NCBI GenBank assembly: GCA_036394895.1
Contig: DASWEH010000541.1
Location: 1 to 34,900, forward strand
Source of the DNA: Anaerolineales bacterium
GTDB taxonomy: Bacteria > Chloroflexota > Anaerolineae > Anaerolineales > Villigracilaceae
Direction of reading: 5' to 3'
DNA length: 34,900 bases
Position numbers and translations under genes: made by a program. The notes under the pieces were generated by a model, which did not search any database, was not told where the DNA came from, and saw nothing but the letters and a program-made list of their open reading frames with translations. Positions 8,901 through 17,112 of this stretch are shown here, in pieces (positions within the stretch are counted from its first letter, which is position 1; each line of letters opens with the position of its first letter).

Positions 8901-9380
8901 ATGACAGAGAAGCTGACTCATCTCGATGAACAGGGACGCGCCCGCATGGTGGATATAGGTCATAAGCCTGACACGGAGCGGATTGCGATCGCACGCGGCG
9001 AAATTCACATGAAAAAGGAGACACTGGATTTGATCCGCGCTGGACAGATCAAAAAAGGAGATGTTCTCACAGTTGCGCAGATCGCGGGCATTAGCGCTTC
9101 CAAACGGACCTCGGAATTGATTCCCTTATGCCATCCGCTAGCGCTCACCAAAGTGGACGTGGACCTAGCGCTCGATGATTCTTTGCCTGGTGTGGTCATC
9201 ACTGCCACAGCCAAAACAACTGGCAAAACAGGTGTTGAGATGGAAGCCTTGACCGCGGTCTCTGTTGCCGCGTTGACGGTTTACGATATGGCAAAAGCCG
9301 CTGAGAAAACCATGCGGATTCAGAATATAAGATTAATAGAAAAACATGGTGGTCAGAGTGGCGATGTAATTAATGAATGA
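8901..9380 (+). CDS. moaC: Cyclic pyranopterin monophosphate synthase MoaC
   Basis: [49 protein letters not shown]. Confidence 0.97.
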   Translation: MTEKLTHLDEQGRARMVDIGHKPDTERIAIARGEIHMKKETLDLIRAGQIKKGDVLTVAQIAGISASKRTSELIPLCHPLALTKVDVDLALDDSLPGVVITATAKTTGKTGVEMEALTAVSVAALTVYDMAKAAEKTMRIQNIRLIEKHGGQSGDVINE

Positions 9381-9458
9381 TTTGTGGAATCGACCAGATT
9401 GCCGGTTAGTATTTACAAGAGCAAGTTCCCTGACTCTATAGTGTATAAATGAGGAACC

Positions 9459-9824
9459 ATGAATTATCAGCCTATCAACTTCAGCGATAAATTTGCAAAA
9501 TTCTCTGAGCAGTGGTCTCCCAAGATCATTGCGCAGATGAACGATTATCATTTCAAGATTGCCAAGATCGAAGGAGAGTTCATCTGGCACGATCATCTTG
9601 AAACAGATGAGGTTTTTATCGTGTTGAAAGGTCAATTGGAGATTCAGTTACGCGATGGAAACGTTGTTCTGAATGAAGGGGAAATGTTCATTGTGCCGAA
9701 AGGCGTCGAGCACAAGCCTGTTGCAGAACAGGAATGTCACATTCTGTTAGTGGAACCTGCAGGTACGTTGAACACGGGTGAGGTTGTCAATGAAAGAACT
9801 GTCACAGATAGTGCCTGGATATAA
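9459..9824 (+). CDS. Cupin domain protein
   Basis: [34 protein letters not shown]; SD GAGGA upstream. Confidence 0.9.
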   Translation: MNYQPINFSDKFAKFSEQWSPKIIAQMNDYHFKIAKIEGEFIWHDHLETDEVFIVLKGQLEIQLRDGNVVLNEGEMFIVPKGVEHKPVAEQECHILLVEPAGTLNTGEVVNERTVTDSAWI

Positions 9825-9830
9825 GAATTT

Positions 9831-10079
9831 ATGAACCATGTGAAACTGCTGTTTTTTGCCACATTGCGTGACCGTGCCGGGACGAAATCCATGGAGTTGG
9901 ATATTCCTACTGACCTGACTATTCAGGGATTGAAAGATAAAATCTCGGCTGAATATCCGAATCTAAAGGAGTCGATGTCGAGTGTGCTAATTACGATCAA
10001 TCGCGAGTACGCCTTCGATGAGGCGATCATTCCACCCAATGCGGAATTGGCAATGTTCCCGCCGGTGTCGGGAGGATGA
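9831..10079 (+). CDS. moaD: Molybdopterin synthase sulfur carrier subunit MoaD
   Basis: VKLLFFATLRD...; C-terminal ELAMFPPVSGG. Confidence 0.95.
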   Translation: MNHVKLLFFATLRDRAGTKSMELDIPTDLTIQGLKDKISAEYPNLKESMSSVLITINREYAFDEAIIPPNAELAMFPPVSGG

Positions 10080-10121
10080 TTACCTTCAGCGCCGGGGACG
10101 GCGGTTGAGCATTTAGGAATT

Positions 10122-10580
10122 ATGGAATTTCCAACCATCTTTTCCATTACCGAAGATGAGATTGATCTGAATGATCTGTTGGCGAAGATCACTTTGGCCA
10201 GCACGGGCGCGGCTGCAATTTTTACGGGCATGGTGCGCGGTGAAACCATGCGCGGCGCCACGCATGAAACTGAATATCTGGAATACGAAGCCTATATCCC
10301 CATGGCGGAAGCGAAGATGAAGCAGGTTGCGGATGAAATTCGGGAGAGATGGCCCATCGTCGAAGGGATCGCCATCGTTCAGCGGATTGGGAGGCTTTAC
10401 CCAAAGACGCCAACTGTGTTGATCGCGTGTACTGCTGCCCATCGCGACACAGGAGTCTTCGAAGCCGCGCGATACGGGATCGATCGCTTGAAAGAGATCG
10501 TGCCAATCTGGAAGAAGGAAGTCAGCCCAAATGGTGAGCATTGGGTGGAAGGGGACTATTTCCCAAAGGCGGGGGAGTAG
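10122..10580 (+). CDS. moaE: Molybdopterin synthase catalytic subunit MoaE
   Basis: GAAAIFTGMVR, LEYEAY..MA, R.G.L, AHR, IDRLKEIVPIWKKE. Confidence 0.95.
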   Translation: MEFPTIFSITEDEIDLNDLLAKITLASTGAAAIFTGMVRGETMRGATHETEYLEYEAYIPMAEAKMKQVADEIRERWPIVEGIAIVQRIGRLYPKTPTVLIACTAAHRDTGVFEAARYGIDRLKEIVPIWKKEVSPNGEHWVEGDYFPKAGE

Positions 10581-10702
10581 TCTTGTGGAAACGGAAGCAA
10601 TGACCGGCTAAGGAAGAACATATTCTTCATCTAGCGCGTGACTCGGAAGGGAAATCGGGGTTTATTCCTTCGAACGTCATATTTTCGAATTGTGAGGAGT
10701 AA

Positions 10703-11938
10703 ATGGAACGAGTTGTTATCACAGGTATGGGTACAGTGAATCCACTTGGCTTGACGGTTGAAGAAAGTTGGAAAAATGCGGTCAACGGTATTTCAGGCGT
10801 TGGCCCAATCACGTTGTTTGATCATTCACCATTGAATGTACACATCGCCGCGGAAGTAAAAGGCTTTGAACCCGAAAAATACATGGATCCCAAAGAAGTG
10901 CGGCGGCGTGACCGTGTTGAACAATTAGGCATCGTGGCAGCAAATGATGCCCTGAAAAATTCAGGTCTTAAGATTACGGAAGCGAATGCTGGCAGGATCG
11001 GCGTCCTGGTTTCATCAGCGATCGGTGGATTAAAATCGCTACAGGATGCTGTGATTACGAATTACACCGAGGGACCGCGCCGTGTCAGTCCATTCCTGAT
11101 CCCCATGTTGATGGCAAATGGCACCTCAGGGATGATTGCAATCGAGCATCAAATCAAGGGGCCCTGTTTCTCTGTCGCTTCGGCTTGTGCTTCCGGCGCA
11201 GATGGGATTGGGACTGCGATGTTGATGTTGAAGGCTGGGATGATCGATGCAGCGCTGGCAGGCGCCACCGAAATGACGGTTTGCTCAACAGGCGTTGCCG
11301 CGTTTGACCGTGTAGGAGCCATGTCCCGACGAGATGGTGATTATTCCATGACGCCTCAACCATTTGATAAGAATCGAGATGGTTTAGTCATGGGAGAAGG
11401 TGCAGCCGTGCTTGTATTGGAAACCGAATCCCATGCGAAAGCGCGCGGCGCGAATATTTTGGCAGAACTGGCGGGATACGGTGCGACTGCAGATGCGTTC
11501 CACGTCACTGCCCCGCATGAGAATGGCGAAGGTGGCTCGGCTGCCATGCACATGGCACTGAATTCTGCAAAAGCAAATGTAGATGACCTCGGTTATATCA
11601 ATGCTCACGGGACAGGAACCCAGTTAAATGATCAATCAGAGACACGCGCCATTAAAGCCGCGTTTGGCGAGAAAGCCTATGAAATTCCTATCTCTTCAAC
11701 CAAATCTATGACAGGGCATATGATGGGCGCAACAGGTGCCTTGGAGGCGATCTTCTGTGTGCAGGCGGTACGCGATGGGATCCTGCCTCCGACCATTCAT
11801 TATGAGACTCCTGACCCTGAATGTGACCTGGATTACATTCCGAATGAGGCGCGTGAGAAGAAGATCAATTTGGCGATCAGCAATGCGTTTGGGTTCGGCG
11901 GGCATAACGCGGTGCTGGCGATACGAAAATACAGTTAA
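10703..11938 (+). CDS. fabF: 3-oxoacyl-ACP synthase II
   Basis: RVVITGMG, SACASG (catalytic Cys), INAHGTGT, KSMTGHMMGA, NAFGFGGHN; SD GAGGAG. Confidence 0.96.
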   Translation: MERVVITGMGTVNPLGLTVEESWKNAVNGISGVGPITLFDHSPLNVHIAAEVKGFEPEKYMDPKEVRRRDRVEQLGIVAANDALKNSGLKITEANAGRIGVLVSSAIGGLKSLQDAVITNYTEGPRRVSPFLIPMLMANGTSGMIAIEHQIKGPCFSVASACASGADGIGTAMLMLKAGMIDAALAGATEMTVCSTGVAAFDRVGAMSRRDGDYSMTPQPFDKNRDGLVMGEGAAVLVLETESHAKARGANILAELAGYGATADAFHVTAPHENGEGGSAAMHMALNSAKANVDDLGYINAHGTGTQLNDQSETRAIKAAFGEKAYEIPISSTKSMTGHMMGATGALEAIFCVQAVRDGILPPTIHYETPDPECDLDYIPNEAREKKINLAISNAFGFGGHNAVLAIRKYS

Positions 11939-11997
11939 TTTAGCCACTGAGTCACGACTATGCAGAGAAAAAATAAACGCAGTGTCTCTGTGGCAAA
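11939..11997. repeat. Degenerate REP-like palindromic repeat (CACNGAGN subunits)
   Basis: tttaGCCACTGAGTCAC...GTGTCTCTGTGGCaaa; same architecture as 14116-14181. Confidence 0.55.
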
Positions 11998-12003
11998 TCG
12001 TGC

Positions 12004-12032
12004 TTGTGAATATGGAAAATGCGTGCTATAAT
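12004..12032 (+). promoter_or_regulatory. Sigma70-type promoter of rplS
   Basis: TTGTGA (12004-12009), 17-bp spacer, extended -10 TGcTATAAT (12024-12032). Confidence 0.75.
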
Positions 12033-12137
12033 CCGCCGTCGCTTAACATAGCACCGCATAGATATCCAAACTAAGAGTGTAGTAGTAATAGTAGTGGGTG
12101 GCGGTAAAAGAAATCATAAATGTAAGGAAGAAAGATA

Positions 12138-12485
12138 ATGGCAGATATCATCAAGGCTCTTGAAGCCAAACAGAACGAAAAAGTTCCCGCCGTGAAAGCT
12201 GGCGATAACGTCAGTGTGCACGTCAAGATCAAGGAAGGTGACCGCGAACGTATTCAGGAGTTCAAAGGCACCGTTATCCGCATGCGCAAAGGTGGCAATG
12301 ACCATTCCATTACCGTGCGCCGCATGGCTTCCAACGGCATCGGCGTCGAGCGCACCTTCCTGCTCCGCTCCCCACGTGTGGACAAAGTTGTGGTCGAGCG
12401 CCATAGTGTTGTTCGCCGTGCACAGCTTTATTTCATGCGTAGTCGCACCGGCAAATCTGCCCGTCTCAAACAGAAGTTTGACTAG
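12138..12485 (+). CDS. rplS: 50S ribosomal protein L19
   Basis: GDNVSVHVKIKEGDRERIQEFKG.VI, GIGVERTF, VRRAQLYFMR.RTGKSAR. Confidence 0.98.
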   Translation: MADIIKALEAKQNEKVPAVKAGDNVSVHVKIKEGDRERIQEFKGTVIRMRKGGNDHSITVRRMASNGIGVERTFLLRSPRVDKVVVERHSVVRRAQLYFMRSRTGKSARLKQKFD

Positions 12486-12498
12486 ATTTGTTTCATAG

Positions 12499-12540
12499 AA
12501 GACCCTAAGGTAAAGAAACCCTTAGGGTCTTTTTTGTTTT
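12499..12540 (+). terminator. Intrinsic terminator of rplS
   Basis: Perfect 12-bp stem AAGACCCTAAGG/CCTTAGGGTCTT with a 9-nt loop, then TTTTGTTTT. Confidence 0.9.
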
Positions 12541-12551
12541 ACAATTAAGCC

Positions 12552-13265
12552 ATGAAGCCACTGATTGGAATTACAACAAATCAATCCCAGAACGCATATG
12601 GTCAGCCGACCATCATGTTGATGCAATCCTATGTCAATGCGGTGGTACAGGCTGGAGGCGTGCCCATTCTCATTCCATCTCTTATAGAGGAAGATGGATG
12701 GGATGCGGTCTATTCCCGCCTGGATGGGATTCTCTTCTCTGGCGGGGGAGACATTTCCCTCGAATATTTTCCCGGTGAGCCCCACCCTCGAATCGATGAT
12801 GTAGACCTGGCGCGTGATTCTATTGAATTGAAGTTTGTCAACGCTGCCGCGACAGACGGCAAACCGTTTCTCGGCATCTGTCGTGGATGTCAGGTGGTGA
12901 ACGTTGCCTTAGGCGGGACTCTGTATACACACATTCCCGATCAGCTTCCCAACGCGCTTGATCATGATTATCCCGGCAACAAGCGAACGGTTCTTGTGCA
13001 TGAAGTGAAAATCGAGGAGGGGACGCGCATTGCGGAGATTTATGGCGAGCCAATCATCAAAGTCAACAGCCTCCATCACCAGGGACTCAAAGACATCGCA
13101 CCCTCACTCCGCGTCGCGGGTCACGCGCCGGATGGGTTGGTCGAAGCCATCGAATTGCCTGACCATCCCTTTGGTCTCGCTGTGCAGTGGCACCCCGAAT
13201 GGCTGACGGATCAAGAGTCTACACAGAATTTGTTTCGGAAGTTTGTCGAAGCGTCCGGGCAGTAA
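12552..13265 (+). CDS. Gamma-glutamyl-gamma-aminobutyrate hydrolase family protein (peptidase C26, class I glutamine amidotransferase)
   Basis: KPLIGIT, LDGILFSGGGD, LGICRGCQ (catalytic Cys), VNSLHHQ, VQWHPE; TACAAT 6 nt before the ATG. Confidence 0.92.
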   Translation: MKPLIGITTNQSQNAYGQPTIMLMQSYVNAVVQAGGVPILIPSLIEEDGWDAVYSRLDGILFSGGGDISLEYFPGEPHPRIDDVDLARDSIELKFVNAAATDGKPFLGICRGCQVVNVALGGTLYTHIPDQLPNALDHDYPGNKRTVLVHEVKIEEGTRIAEIYGEPIIKVNSLHHQGLKDIAPSLRVAGHAPDGLVEAIELPDHPFGLAVQWHPEWLTDQESTQNLFRKFVEASGQ

Positions 13266-13287
13266 GCAAATTAACGAACCTCTTTCA

Positions 13288-14112
13288 ATGACATTTCCAT
13301 CTAACTCTCCCATCGGTATCTTCGACTCTGGCGTTGGGGGGATTTCTGTCTTGCGCGCGATTCGTGAGCAAATGCCCGAGGAGTCAGTCATCTATTTTGG
13401 AGATCAGGGACATATCCCTTACGGTCCGCGCCCCATGGAGCAGATTCGAGCTTTCTCGGAAGCGATTACGAAATTCTTGCTTGAGCACGATGGGAAGATT
13501 ATCGTGGTGGCTTGTAATACTGCCTCTGCCGCGGCGTTGAGATATTTGCGCGAGAAATTCCCAGATGTGCAATTCGTCGGCATGGAGCCCGCGGTCAAGC
13601 CTGCGGCAGAGTATACGCAAACAGGCAACGTTGGTGTGTTGGCAACCCCTGCCACGTTTCAAGGAGCGCTCTATGCTTCGGTTGTCGAGCGATTTGCAAA
13701 TGGAGTCGAGTTGTTGCAGAATACCTGTCCCGGATTAGTGCAGCAGATCGAGCAAGGAAATTTAGATGGCAAAGAAACGCGCCAAATTTTGGAAGATGCG
13801 CTCCTGCCCATGCTTGAGAAAAATATCGATACAGTTGTGTTGGGATGTACCCATTATCCGTTTGTGATCCCGCTCATTCAGAAGATTGTAGGAGAGAAAG
13901 TCCGGGTGATCGATCCCGCCCCCGCCGTGGCGAAGCAGACCGGTCGTCTGTTGGAAGCGAGGGGGATGAGGAATGAATCTGAGTCCAAAAATGATGTCAA
14001 ATTTTATACGTCAGGCAATCCTGAAGAACTGAAATCCTTGTTGCCCAAATTGTTTGGGGAGTGGGGCGATGTGCTAAGGGTTGAGTGGCTTACTGATTCA
14101 AGTCTAAAGTAA
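13288..14112 (+). CDS. murI: Glutamate racemase
   Basis: PIGIFDSGVGGISVL, PYG, VACNTA and VLGCTHYP (both catalytic Cys); ATG at 13288 preferred. Confidence 0.96.
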   Translation: MTFPSNSPIGIFDSGVGGISVLRAIREQMPEESVIYFGDQGHIPYGPRPMEQIRAFSEAITKFLLEHDGKIIVVACNTASAAALRYLREKFPDVQFVGMEPAVKPAAEYTQTGNVGVLATPATFQGALYASVVERFANGVELLQNTCPGLVQQIEQGNLDGKETRQILEDALLPMLEKNIDTVVLGCTHYPFVIPLIQKIVGEKVRVIDPAPAVAKQTGRLLEARGMRNESESKNDVKFYTSGNPEELKSLLPKLFGEWGDVLRVEWLTDSSLK

Positions 14113-14115
14113 GAA

Positions 14116-14181
14116 TTAACCACGAAGACACCGAGTCACGGAGGTTTGTTTTTCTCAGTGTCTCCGTGACTCCGTGGTTAA
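14116..14181. repeat. REP-like palindromic repeat and probable bidirectional terminator between convergent genes
   Basis: TTAAC-(CACGAAGA CACCGAGT CACGGAG)-T-rich loop-(CTCAGTGT CTCCGTGA CTCCGTG)-GTTAA. Confidence 0.8.
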
Positions 14182-14183
14182 AT

Positions 14184-14393
14184 TTATAATGCCCAGGCGA
14201 GCATCATGCCGAAGATGGCGATAATCACTCCTAGATGCAAAAACAAATTGCTACCGGTAATCACATTGAGCCCGAAGATGAATGGCAAAATGAAATTGAT
14301 GATCACCAGCAGGATACCGAGCAACGGCAACAGACCTTTGCGACGCGCGAAATAGTTTGATGCGTTATCGACTAACCTCGAAAGCCATTTCAT
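14184..14393 (-). CDS. Small two-TM membrane protein coupled to hflX
   Basis: 69 aa with two hydrophobic helices (RKGLLPLLGILLVIINF; LFLHLGVIIAIFG); ATGA overlap with the hflX stop. Confidence 0.75.
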   Translation of the reverse strand: MKWLSRLVDNASNYFARRKGLLPLLGILLVIINFILPFIFGLNVITGSNLFLHLGVIIAIFGMMLAWAL

Positions 14394-15751
14394 AATTCTT
14401 CCTCTTCTTCTGCGGATTCGTGATGATTTGTCGAGGAGATCTGCCAGTCGCTGAATTGCGCGAGCAAGCGCCCTGGGATGCGTCCCTGCATGAGTACACC
14501 ACCGCGTCCATGTTCAATGCGCTCGACCTGCCCGGCTTCGTGGAACAACGAGATCAACGCACCTTGCTGATATGGAAGCCGCACAAGGATCGGCGTGTAC
14601 GTTTCATAAAGCTCTTGCTGGATAATTCCCAACAAGTCTTTGAGACCGGTTCCATCCAAAGCGGAAATGGTCATTGCCTTCGAAAAATGACTCACTACAT
14701 CTCTGGCGGACTCCGGGTCGCGCAGTTGATCCACCTTGTTCAGAGCGGTAACAATCGGAATATGTTGTGCGCCAAGTTCAACGAGAGTCTGCTGAACGGA
14801 TTCGAATTGGTTCAAGGCGTTAGGGTGTGAAATATCCACTACGTGCAAAAGCAGATCGGATTCGACGATCTCCTCCAGCGTGGCATGGAAAGCCTCAACG
14901 AGAGTTGTCGGCAATTTCTGAATAAATCCGACGGTATCGGTAAAAAGAGCTTGATAGCCGCCCGGAAGTTCCACGCGGCGGGTCGTAGGGTCGAGGGTGG
15001 CAAATAATTGATCAGCGACGAACACGTCTGATTTTGTGATTTTATTCAACAACGTAGATTTGCCCGCGTTGGTATAACCAACCAGAGCCACAGTAGGAAT
15101 GCGTGAGCGTTTGCGCTGGGCACGATATCTCATCCGATGCGCGCGCACTTTTTCCAGTTCTTTTTTGAGGTGCGAGATGCGTTTACGGATGGCACGCTTG
15201 TCTACTTCGAGCTGCGTTTCGCCTGGTCCGCGCAAACCTACGCCACCTGTGGAACCGGCGCGTCCGCCGCCGCCACCAGCCTGCCGCTCGAGGTGCGTCC
15301 ATTGACCGGTGAGGCGCGGCAGATAATATTCATATTGTGCGAGTTCCACTTGCAACATGCCTTCGCTCGTGTGCGCGTGTTGTGCGAAGATGTCCAGAAT
15401 GAGCGCAGTCCGATCTAGCACACGGACATTCCTGCCCATGATTTCCTGTAATTCGCGTTGGTGGCGCGGCGAAAGTTCATCGTCGAAAATAATCACTTGC
15501 GACAATGTTTCTTCCACGAGATGCTTTAATTCATCCACTTTGCCTGGGCCGATGTATGTCTTCACATGAGGCCGATCCAGCTTTTGAGTCAATTCGCCGA
15601 CGACTTCAAGCCCGGAGGTGGCTGATAGTAACGCCAGCTCGGTTAGCGAGTCGGCTAACGATAGGAATGATTTTTGTTGATAGAGATCCACGCCAATGAG
15701 GAACGCTCGTTCCCGTGGGCCATTCGTTGGTTGGGAGTTTTTTTTGGGCAT
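14390..15751 (-). CDS. hflX: Ribosome-splitting GTPase HflX
   Basis: LILDIFAQHA, GPGETQLEVD, GYTNAGKS, DQLFATLDPT, DTVGFI, NKVD. Confidence 0.97.
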   Translation of the reverse strand: MPKKNSQPTNGPRERAFLIGVDLYQQKSFLSLADSLTELALLSATSGLEVVGELTQKLDRPHVKTYIGPGKVDELKHLVEETLSQVIIFDDELSPRHQRELQEIMGRNVRVLDRTALILDIFAQHAHTSEGMLQVELAQYEYYLPRLTGQWTHLERQAGGGGGRAGSTGGVGLRGPGETQLEVDKRAIRKRISHLKKELEKVRAHRMRYRAQRKRSRIPTVALVGYTNAGKSTLLNKITKSDVFVADQLFATLDPTTRRVELPGGYQALFTDTVGFIQKLPTTLVEAFHATLEEIVESDLLLHVVDISHPNALNQFESVQQTLVELGAQHIPIVTALNKVDQLRDPESARDVVSHFSKAMTISALDGTGLKDLLGIIQQELYETYTPILVRLPYQQGALISLFHEAGQVERIEHGRGGVLMQGRIPGRLLAQFSDWQISSTNHHESAEEEEEL

Positions 15752-15791
15752 CTATTCTTTCGTTAGTACCTTTATTGGGTAGTAGATTCGT

Positions 15792-17051
15792 CTATTCGAC
15801 CATTTCTTCATTCTTGTTTTTCCCGAGTGTGTCAAATAACTTTGTCATTTTGGGGTCAGGTGATTCTGTGCGGGCAGGAATCAGAATATGGAAGGTCGAC
15901 CCTGGGTTTCTGATTTCATCATGACCCGGTGATTCGACCCAAATGGAGCCACCGTGTGCATCTAAAATCCCCCGCGCAATGGGAAGCCCCAAGCCCGGAC
16001 CTCCACCCTTGAACTTTGTCTTTCCGCTGGAATGTAGATCGACGCGTCCAAGTTGATCAAACTTTTCAAAGATCGCGGCTTGGTCCTCAGCAGAAATCCC
16101 GATACCAGTATCTGAAATCGTCACTTCGATAAAGCCTGCCAGCGTCCTTCCATCAATCGTAATCGTTCCACCGTCGGGTGTAAATTTTATCGCGTTGTTG
16201 ATTACGTTTCGCACAGCTTGCATAATACGCCCTGCATCAATGTAGATCCATTCTCTGTTCCCGTCAAACTCTTTTATATTCAGAGTAAGTTTTCTAACAC
16301 TCAGGATTGGTTCGACTTCCAGATAAAGCGCCTCTAACATCTGCGCGACCTGCATCGGCTGAAAGTTTAACTGAAGGAGATTATTATCGATCATCGAAAC
16401 ATCGATCATGTCTTCAACGATCCCGCGCAAACGGTCGATACCGGTGCTCATTCCAGCGAGCAGACTTTCCAGATTTGCGCCTTGGCCTTGTTGTAACAGA
16501 TCGACCATCATGGAGGCGTAGCCTTCGATCAGGGTGATCGGCGTTTTTAGTTCATGAGCCGCTACTGAAATAAAGGCAGATTTGCTCCGGTCAACGCGTG
16601 CCATTTGTTTTTGCACTTTTTCCATTTCACTGGAAATATGTGCCACACGCGTTTCCATCTCATACCGTGCAACAACTTCAAGACCATAGGTATAGATGGG
16701 AACGACTGCCGCCAAAAGATCAAGCGCCTGTTGTTTTGTTAGCGTTTCGCGCGCGATTTGGATGGTGAGCGCGATCAGACGGTTGATCAAAAACGAAACC
16801 TGATAGGGTTCATCCTCCAGTTCGGTTTCGGTGGACGATTTTGCCCAATCCAGCAGGATGGAATCCATCCAGGCGGGGTCTCCCGTCGTAATCGATTGGT
16901 CAAGCAAATCAAAGAAGCGCGCCAACTGCTCTTCAAATCCGGCGCGCACTTCCATGCCGCGCGCCAGTTCGTGACCTACGCGTGTGATCCAAACTGGCCG
17001 AATCTTTGCCAGAACTTTTTGAATGGGTGTTGATATCGTTTTCTTCGGCAT
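15792..17051 (-). CDS. Soluble sensor histidine kinase (helical N-terminal domain + HisKA + HATPase)
   Basis: AAHELKTP H-box, NVINNAIKFT, DTGIGI, GPGLGL; no TM; start ATG 17051 or GTG 17063. Confidence 0.92.
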   Translation of the reverse strand: MPKKTISTPIQKVLAKIRPVWITRVGHELARGMEVRAGFEEQLARFFDLLDQSITTGDPAWMDSILLDWAKSSTETELEDEPYQVSFLINRLIALTIQIARETLTKQQALDLLAAVVPIYTYGLEVVARYEMETRVAHISSEMEKVQKQMARVDRSKSAFISVAAHELKTPITLIEGYASMMVDLLQQGQGANLESLLAGMSTGIDRLRGIVEDMIDVSMIDNNLLQLNFQPMQVAQMLEALYLEVEPILSVRKLTLNIKEFDGNREWIYIDAGRIMQAVRNVINNAIKFTPDGGTITIDGRTLAGFIEVTISDTGIGISAEDQAAIFEKFDQLGRVDLHSSGKTKFKGGGPGLGLPIARGILDAHGGSIWVESPGHDEIRNPGSTFHILIPARTESPDPKMTKLFDTLGKNKNEEMVE

Positions 17052-17112
17052 ATTTCCAGTCACGCTGTTAAAATCCCTGGATGGGGAAAGCGTAACCTAC
17101 AGCATGATTTTA

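Noticed and set aside
8863-9458. Moco riboswitch upstream of the moa genes
   Set aside because: Only 38 bp precede moaC, and the 78-bp moaC-cupin gap shows no matching multi-stem structure
10613-10690. LexA (GAAC-N4-GTTC) box upstream of fabF
   Set aside because: GAACATATTC and CGAACGTCATATT do not fit the spacing or the second half-site
11736-12074. 112-aa ORF overlapping the end of fabF
   Set aside because: Overlaps fabF out of frame and crosses the repeat and the rplS promoter
7616-13287. Longest-ORF starts at 7616 (VanZ), 8880 (scpA) and 13243 (murI)
   Set aside because: They overlap neighbouring genes or promoter boxes; downstream ATGs at 7670/7679, 8862 and 13288 fit the family N-termini better
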